The notes below the pieces were generated by a model. That model was given only the letters and a program-made list of their open reading frames with translations. It searched no databases and was not told the origin of the DNA. Made by a program: the position numbers and the translations under genes. From contig NW_021827863.1 of assembly GCF_006345805.1 (NCBI RefSeq), positions 1 through 9,831 of the forward strand: 9,831 bases of DNA, read 5' to 3'. The stretch comes from Octopus sinensis (taxonomy: Eukaryota). Shown here piece by piece: positions 1 to 6,494 of the stretch (within the stretch, counting starts at the first letter, position 1; each line of letters begins with the position of its first letter).

Positions 1-140
1 ACTGCACCCTATTTTCCCCCTCTCCCCAACCCTACACCCTCTGCACCACCCCCACTCACCCGCACTGCACTCCAACGTTTTATACAAGTGCCTCTTTCCT
101 TTTTCCCCCGCGCCATCCGTCCCCTTCACCCCTGACGACC
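1..140. repeat. C-rich low-complexity tract with minus-strand G-quadruplex consensus
   Basis: C-runs at 7-9, 16-20, 24-27, 30-32, 37-39 and 49-53; the first five have loops of 6, 3, 2 and 4 nt, satisfying G3+N1-7 x4 on the minus strand. Confidence 0.6.
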
Positions 141-305
141 CTACTGTCTGAGTGGCGAGGCGGAGTGCGGCACGGTGGGGAGAGAGAACGGGGATGCGGA
201 GGCGGAGGAGGGGCTGGCTGAGGTAATCTGCCGCGGTTGTGAGGGTGGTGTGACGCTGGTGGAGATAGGGACGCTGGGGTTGCTGGGAGTGCAAATATGG
301 AGTTG

Positions 306-388
306 GTAGTAGTAGTAGTAGTAGTAGTAGTAGTATAAAAGTAGTAGTAAAAGTAGTAGTTGTAGTGGTAGTAGTAGTAGTAGTAGTG

Positions 389-420
<32 letters not shown>

Positions 421-977
421 TGTAGTAGTAGTAAAAGTAATAGTAGTAGTAGAAGTAGTAGTAGCAGTAGAACTAGAGGTAGTAGTAGTAGTGGTTGTAG
501 TAGTAGTTGTAGTAGTTGTCGTGGTAGTAGTTGTCGTAACAAGTTGTACTCGTAGTAGTAGTTGTTGAAGTTATAGACGTGACAATAGTAGTATTGGTGA
601 CGGTGGTAGTAGTAGTAATAGCAGTAGTAGTTGCAGCAGTAATAGTAGGAGTAGTAGTGTTGTTGGTGGTGGTGGTAGTGGTAGTTGTAGTAATTGTGGT
701 GGTGGTGTCGGTAGTAGTACTGGTTGTGGTTGTCGTGGTAGTGGTATTAGTAGTTATAATAGTGGTGGTGGTGGTAGTAGTAGTAGTGGTGTTGGTGATT
801 GTAATATTGTAGTAGTGGTCGTAGTGGTGGTAGTAATACTGGTAGTGGTAGTTGCAGCAGTGGTGGTGGTAGTAGTTGTAGTAATAGTGGTGGTGGTAGT
901 TGTAGTCGTGGTGGTAGTAATACTGGTTGTGATAGTAGTAGTAGTGGTAGTTGTAGTGGTGGTAGTAGTAGTAGTAC

Positions 978-1014
<37 letters not shown>

Positions 1015-1257
1015 TGTGTTAGTAGTAGTAGTGGTGGTGATAGTTGTAGTAGTGGTGGTGGTAGTAGTTGTAGTAGTGGTGGTAGTAATACTGGTGGTGG
1101 TAGTAGTAGTAGTGGTAGTTGTAGTGGTGGTAGTAGTAGTAGTAGTAGTAGATGTAGTAGTAGTAGTAGTAGTAGTGGTTGTGTTAGTAGTAGTAGTGGT
1201 GGTGATAGTAGTAGTAGTGGTGGTGGTAGTAGTTGTAGTTGTAGTTGCAGTAGTACT
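306..1257 (+). repeat. (GTA/GTG)n imperfect trinucleotide microsatellite, ~950 bp
   Basis: Continuous GTA units with GTG, GTT, GTC, ATA and GCA variants; phase shifts near 540-580 and ~807. The poly-Val and poly-Leu ORFs are by-products. Confidence 0.97.
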
Positions 1258-1298
1258 AAGTGTAGCTGTTCCAACGTTAAAAGTAATTTTTACCTACG

Positions 1299-1705
1299 CG
1301 CGGGAGTGGCTGCGTGGTAAGAAGCTTGCTTCCCATCCACGTGGTTCTGGGTTCAGTCCCACTGTGTGGCACATTGGGCCGACCAAAGCCTTGCGATTGG
1401 ATTTGGTTAATGGAAAGTGTGTGTGCGTGTGTGTGTATACACACATACACACATATATATACACACATTTATATTTATGCGTGTGTGTGCGTGCGTGTGA
1501 GAGTGTGTGTGTGTGTGCCCTCTTCACAGTTTGAGAACTGATGTTGGTGTGTTTGCGTCTCCTTAACTTAGCAGTCCAGCTTAAAGAGATTGATAGAATA
1601 AGTCCTTGGCTTCATAGAATATAATATATATACAGGTGTCGATTTATTCAAAAGAAAACCATTCCTCCAGGTTGTACCTCAACATGGCCGGTGTCTAATG
1701 ATAAC
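1299..1705 (+). mobile_element. tRNA-derived SINE (octopus CORE-type, OR-like), near full length, with internal microsatellite
   Basis: A-box-like TGGCTGCGTGG (1307-1317) and B-box GGGTTCAGTCCC (1349-1360). Internal (GT)/(AC) tract at 1417-1516. The 3' part aligns in-window with 5211-5400 (TTGAGAACTGATGTTGGTGTGTTT vs TTGACAACCGATGTTGGTGTGTTT; AAAGAGATTGATAGAATAAGT vs AAAGATATTGATAGAATAACT) and the head aligns with 6372-6445. Family assignment is from memory; boundaries are approximate. Confidence 0.85.
1417..1516. repeat. Compound (GT)n-(AC/AT)n-(GT)n microsatellite inside the SINE
   Basis: Read directly; contains the 16 bp palindrome TGTGTGTATACACACA at 1430-1445. Confidence 0.95.
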
Positions 1706-1804
1706 AAATATATTTCGAAGTCACTAAATTCTTTAATAATGTAAACAATTCGTGTAGATAAAAAGAAAGCCTCTAAATTTGATGGCTAAAATTCGGAGCG
1801 CTAC

Positions 1805-1865
1805 TTGGGTGCAATGGCTGGAACGTCTGCCTTGTTTTACATACGATGTAGATTTGACTCCCACG
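1805..1865 (+). mobile_element. Possible highly decayed tRNA-derived SINE head
   Basis: A-box-like GGGTGCAATGG (1807-1817) and B-box-like GATTTGACTCCC (1851-1862) at tRNA-like spacing; no in-window homolog. Confidence 0.25.
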
Positions 1866-1940
1866 GATAGCCATTAGCTTTTTCTTTCCGTTAATGTAGG
1901 TTTTAACATAATATTCTACACGCTATTATTTCTAGCTTCA

Positions 1941-1945
1941 TCACT

Positions 1946-2010
<65 letters not shown>

Positions 2011-2075
2011 TATCGTCACCATCATCACCATCATCATTATCATCCTCATCATCATCATCATCATCATTGCATGGC

Positions 2076-2107
<32 letters not shown>

Positions 2108-2305
2108 CATCACCATCATCATCACCATCTCATTGCATGGCCATCATCATCACATCATCATCACCATCATCATCATCATCATCATCACTACTACATCATC
2201 ATCATAACCACCACCACCACCACTACCACCACCATCATCATCATCATCATCTCATCATCATCATCATCATTATCGTCACCATCATCACCATCATCATTAT
2301 CATCC

Positions 2306-2336
<31 letters not shown>

Positions 2337-2345
2337 TGCCATGGC

Positions 2346-2380
<35 letters not shown>

Positions 2381-2421
2381 TCACCATCATCATCACCATC
2401 ATCATTGCCATGGCCATCATC

Positions 2422-2453
<32 letters not shown>

Positions 2454-2498
2454 CACTACCATCATCATCATAACCACCACCACCACCACTACCACCAC

Positions 2499-2536
<38 letters not shown>

Positions 2537-2612
2537 CAGCTGCATCACCTTTAACGATCGTCATTCTCTCAGCATCACCGTTATCTTGATCATCGTCATC
2601 GTCGTCATCGTC
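1941..2612 (+). repeat. (CAT/CAC)n trinucleotide microsatellite containing a ~260-270 bp internal tandem duplication
   Basis: CAT units throughout, degenerate after ~2536. Landmarks recur: TATCGTCACC at 2011 and 2271; TTGC(C)ATGG at 2067/2133 and 2336/2405. Confidence 0.95.
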
Positions 2613-2702
2613 TTTCTCAGCAGCCCCGACAATTAGCTCAACAGAACCAAATGAAAATTGAAAACCTTTTCGCGGTTGACGAAACAGAAAAGAAAGGTAG
2701 AA

Positions 2703-2754
<52 letters not shown>

Positions 2755-2772
2755 GGAGAAGGAGAGAGAGAG
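2703..2772 (+). repeat. (GA)n microsatellite / polypurine tract
   Basis: Read directly. Confidence 0.97.
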
Positions 2773-2828
2773 ATTAGGAAGAAGCAGAAAAAGAGGGCTG
2801 AATTGGTGTCACCGTTGGTCGTTGAAAG

Positions 2829-2958
2829 CCAGCCATCCGTCTCAAATAAAATCTGACCGTTTCATATCCTGAACTGCTCATGCGCAGAACGCACAATCCT
2901 ACAAATATCCACGTACTCTCGGTCCCACGTGACTTAAGTAAGAACTCTGACCAATAGC
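2829..2958 (-). promoter_or_regulatory. Candidate Pol II promoter motif cluster (NF-Y, E-box, NRF1-like, YY1-like)
   Basis: CCAAT box TGACCAATAGC (2948-2958), E-box CACGTGAC (2926-2933), NRF1-like TGCTCATGCGCA (2875-2886, 1 mismatch to TGCGCATGCGCA) and a weak YY1-like GGATGGCTG on the minus strand (~2830-2838). Ten CpGs in 2811-2960. Strand is inferred from motif order only. Confidence 0.45.
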
Positions 2959-3389
2959 GGTCACTTATATTTATTACTTCACCCTCTCCAGACCCCCAAC
3001 ACTCTTGAAATTTTCCATTTGTAAGTCTCACATTGGGACTCCAACCGACCGTGAAAAAATATATTTCTGGGAACTTCGAAGACACGGAACGCGTTTGGAT
3101 TTAAAAACTGACTGTCACGTAATGCATGCAACTGTGAAAAAAAAAGGGGGAAAAACTAAGTATTTTTGTAAATCTCAAGCTATGGGCTGTTCAGATTTTT
3201 AAAATCGCTGATGCCATGTTCAGTAAACCGTGAAAAGTATATATATATTTTTTGCAAGCCTTTTCGTATCCTGGATTTTTTTAGTTTTAAAATGACCGTC
3301 CCTTTAAAAAAAATATAAAATATATAGACATTTTTACAAATTTTCCCACCCATGTTTTTTCCCTTTTATTTACATTTAGAACAGATCAT

Positions 3390-3990
3390 TCAACCAACCA
3401 TGAAAATATATTTTTGCAAACCTCCTCAAATCCCGGAATATTTTAGTCTTAAAATGACCGTCTCTCTGAGTAACTAACTATAAAATATATATATAGATAT
3501 TTTTACAAATTTTCCCACCCGTATTTTTTCCCTTTTTTTTTTACATTTAGAATAAGATCATTGATTTATTCAACCAACCATGAAAATATATTTTTGCAAA
3601 CCCCCTCAAATCCCGGAATATTTTAGTCTTAAAATGACCGTCTCTTTGAGTAACTAACAAAAAAAATATATATATAGATATTTTTACAAATTTTCCCACC
3701 CGTATTTTTTCCCCTTTTTTTTTTCCATTTAGAACAGATCTTTGTTTTATTCAACCAACCATGAAAATATATTTTTGCAAACCCCTCAAATCCCGGTCTT
3801 AAAATGACCGTCCCTTTGCGAATTAACTGAATAAAAATATATATAGATATTTTTACAAATTTTACAACCCGTGTTTTTTTCGTGTTTTTTTTACATTGAA
3901 TAGATCATAGTTTTATTCAACCAACCGTGAAAAAATATTTTTGAAACCCCCTCAAATCCTAGAATATTTAAAATCTAAAATGACCGTTCC
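3390..3990 (+). repeat. Homogenised ~180 bp dimeric repeat (about 3.5 copies) within the satellite
   Basis: ATTCAACCAACC(A/G)TGAAAA recurs with CAACC at 3391, 3571, 3752 and 3918 (periods 180, 181, 166). Copy 3 has a 10 bp deletion (CCCGGTCTT vs CCCGGAATATTTTAGTCTT). Confidence 0.92.
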
Positions 3991-4715
3991 TTTGTGCAAT
4001 CAACCGTAAAAGAGATGTAGATATTTCTTTTAATTTTACGGCCCGTAGCTTTTTCAGCCTTGGAACTGACCATCGGTTCATTCAACAAACCGTGGGGAAA
4101 AAAATTTGTAAACCTCGAAATAATGGCTGTTAAGATTTTTAAGATTGTCAATATGTTCAATCAACCGTGAAAACTATATTAATATTTTTGCATGCTCCTC
4201 AAGTCCTGGAATTTTTTAGTCTTAAAATGACCGTGCAGTCAACCGTAAAAAAATATACATATTTTTACATAAGTTTTCAGCCCATACCTATTTTAGATTT
4301 AGAAAAACTATCATTTTATTCAACGAACTTTATAAAAAGTTTTTGTAATCCTTAAAATATAAGTTGTTTAGCTGTGTAAAATCACCGATTTGATATTCAA
4401 CCAAGCGTGAACAAATTTATTAGTATCTCTGTAATCCGGCCAAGCCCTGTAAAATTCAGATTTCAAACTGACCATCCTTTTGTTCAATCAACCTTCAAAA
4501 TATTCTCACATATCTTCCTCTCATAGCTTTTTTTTTTCAGGTGTAAAATATTACCAGACCTTCGACTATGGGTTTAGATTTTGTAAACCGCTGATTTGTT
4601 ATTCAAGTAACCGTGAAAAATATTTATAAATATTTCTGCAATCCGGTCGAAATCTAGAAGTTTAGATTACAAACTAACAACACCTGTTTTCAATCAAACG
4701 TGAAAAAAAATTTAT

Positions 4716-4774
4716 TTATTTTTTCATTTTATCTAGTTTCAGCTCACGAGCTGTGACCATGCTGGGGCACCGCC
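4716..4774 (-). mobile_element. 59 bp 5'-truncated SINE/LINE 3' tail insertion with 6 bp TSD
   Basis: The reverse complement GGCGGTGCCCCAGCATGG...CTGAAACTAGATAAAATGAAAAAA matches the SINE tail at 5364 (15/18 identical over the first 18 nt). Flanked by ATTTAT at 4710-4715 and 4775-4780. Confidence 0.75.
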
Positions 4775-4871
4775 ATTTATATATTCTTATATATTTCCAA
4801 CCTGTAACTTTTTTAGATTTAAAACTAAAACCATTATTTTATCGAATTAACCGTGAAAAAATATAGTTTTG

Positions 4872-5177
4872 TACATATGTATATGTATATATGCGCAGTA
4901 ATGCCTCGACTATCGCGGGTGCTACGTTCCATCCGCTCTCGCAATAGGTGAAAATCCGTAAAGTAGAAACGGCACTGTATGTGTATATATGCTTTTTTAT
5001 ATTTTTATAATTTGTTTATATTTATTTTATTATAAATGGAAAACAATACCACGGAGGAATCGATGTAAGATTAAATAATATACCGCGACTGGTGAACCGC
5101 GATAGGTGAACCGCGATAGGTGAACCGCGATAGGTGAATGGCGAGGGATTACTGTATATGTATGTATTTGTGTGTAT

Positions 5178-5212
<35 letters not shown>

Positions 5213-5430
5213 TGTCCCCCACCATCGCTTGACAACCGATGTTGGTGTGTTTATATCTCCATTGGTTAGCGGTTCGGTAAAAGATATTGATAGAATAACT
5301 ACTGGGCTTACAAAGAATATGACCCTGGGTCGATTTCTGCGACTAAATAAAAAACCCCTTTAAGGCGGTGCTCTAGCATGACCGGAGTAAAATGACTGAA
5401 ATAAGAAATAGAATTAAAGACTAACTGTCC
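4872..5430 (+). mobile_element. 5'-truncated copy of the same SINE family as 1299-1705 (microsatellite plus 3' half), hosting a MITE
   Basis: 5211-5420 is homologous to 1517-1705; TA/TG microsatellite at 4872-4895 and 5155-5210. Flanked by the identical 15-mer AAAAATATAGTTTTG at 4857-4871 and 5431-5445 (candidate TSD). Confidence 0.8.
4896..5154. mobile_element. 259 bp non-autonomous DNA transposon (MITE), Tc1/mariner superfamily, pogo/Tigger-like ends
   Basis: TIRs are CAGTAATGCCTCG (4896-4908) and CGAGGGATTACTG (5142-5154), 12/13 complementary. TA follows the right end (5155-5156); the left flank reads CG (presumed mutated TA). AT-rich non-coding interior. CAGT termini with a TA target are typical of this superfamily. 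Confidence 0.8.
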
Positions 5431-6371
5431 AAAAATATAGTTTTGCAAACTTTAAGCTGTAAATAATGCCAAAGTGTTTGCGGATCCCAACCCGCATCTC
5501 GTGGAATTCCTGGAATGACAATGGCCAAACTGATGTTTACCCAACCGTGAAAAAATATTTTTTCGCAATATTCCATCCAGCCCGTCCATTTCGGATGAAC
5601 TTTTCGGATTTTAAAATGACCAGCTTGTTATTCAATCAACCGTGAAGAAATCTAAATATTTCTACAATCCATATAGCAGTGCGATTGGTGTTAGTGGTGG
5701 GTGTTAAAACGGCCAGCCTTTTATCCAGCCATGCCCAACCCATAGATTGTTTCAATTTTAGAAATCAAACTCCTGATGGTCAGCAAACCATGAAAAATAT
5801 AAATAAATATGAAATCCTGAAACTGAAGGTTGTTCTAGTTTAAGAATGGCCATTCCTAACTGGTCAATCAACCGTGACAAATTTTAAATAATTCCGAAGT
5901 CCCCAGAGCATATCCCCGTTTCTATATAGATAATCATCCAGCCATGAAAATTTTTATAATATTTCTTAAATCCCCGAAACCCAAGGACTGCTGTGGTGTA
6001 AAAATGACCGTCCCGATAACGAACCAAGCGTGAAAAATCTTAATTCTGAAATACTAAAACCTTGGGCTTTCGATCTTGAAATGACCATCCTGCTACCCAA
6101 CGAACCATGAAAAAAATAAATATATATATCTTGACACTACAAGCAAGCCACGGTCAGTTTTAATTTTTAAATTTGTCCATCTTTACAGGCAGCCATCTGT
6201 GATAAAAACGAAATAGTTTTGACTCTCTCAACCGTAACAGAAATTTCGTTAGCGCCGACTTCAACTTGATTTAGCTTTCAGCTGTTGGTTCTTAGCTATT
6301 AGCTTTTAGCATTTAAGCTGCAGGTTTGTTTGGTCATTACGGCTTTCAGGACACTAATGCCGAGTCGAGAT

Positions 6372-6490
6372 AGTGTGGGCACGTGATAAAAAGTTTGCTT
6401 CGGAACCCTATATTTTCTGGTTCAATTCCACTGCGGAGAACTTTGTTCAACTGTCCTGTTCTATAGTCTCGGGCAGAGCATAGTTCTGTG
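6372..6490 (+). mobile_element. Old, 3'-truncated SINE head (tRNA-like plus CORE-like segment)
   Basis: Aligns with 1304-1380 (CGTGATAAAAAGTTTGCTT vs CGTGGTAAGAAGCTTGCTT; GGTTCAATTCCACTGCG vs GGTTCAGTCCCACTGTG). Consensus B-box GGTTCAATTCC at 6419-6429; the A-box is degenerate. Confidence 0.7.
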
Positions 6491-6494
6491 ATCA

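Larger units (their letters stand above)
3040..6240 (+). repeat. Degenerate AT-rich minisatellite/satellite, ~75-95 bp monomer (AACCGTGAAAA ... AAAATGACC), interrupted by insertions
   Basis: The (G/A)TGAAAA anchor, sometimes degenerate, occurs at 3051, 3134, 3230, 3400, 3580, 3761, 3927, 4006, 4092, 4167, 4245, 4407, 4613, 4700, 4853, 5547, 5642, 5790, 5874, 5944, 6030 and 6107. Spacings are mostly ~70-96 bp or about twice that. Confidence 0.85.

Noticed and set aside
1-300. Long inverted repeat between the C-rich and G-rich halves
   Set aside because: Only 7-8 bp matches were found; the similarity is compositional.
1299-1375. tRNA gene
   Set aside because: A and B boxes are present, but I could not fold a cloverleaf with an acceptor stem, and the sequence continues into SINE body shared with other copies.
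141-1541. Poly-Val/poly-Leu ORFs, and a hypothetical minus-strand Thr-rich mucin-like frame (ACN codons)
   Set aside because: These are translations of the (GTA)n and (GT)n repeats. Triplet phase shifts near 540-580 and ~807 break any long frame, and there is no splice or domain evidence.
2071-2589. Ile/His/Ser- and Met-rich ORFs; possible His-rich or Asp-rich protein
   Set aside because: (CAT)n read-through with frequent phase slips; no unique coding sequence.
2579-2589. CGTTATCTTGA shared with 9780-9790 at the ends of two CAT tracts
   Set aside because: An 11 bp match is expected several times by chance in 10 kb, more so in degenerate CAT context.
3021-3026. GTAAGT splice donor after a putative plus-strand first exon
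   Set aside because: The exonic context (TTT) is poor, the TATA-like element is only ~10 bp from the CCAAT box, and single hexamers occur by chance.
5091-5138. CRISPR-like direct repeats
   Set aside because: The 14 bp units are contiguous with no spacers, lie inside a MITE in eukaryotic DNA, and there are no cas genes.
6240-6325. Repeated TTAGC(T) motif at the right satellite boundary
   Set aside because: Short, irregularly spaced, and with no clear stem-loop or terminal structure to support a Helitron end.
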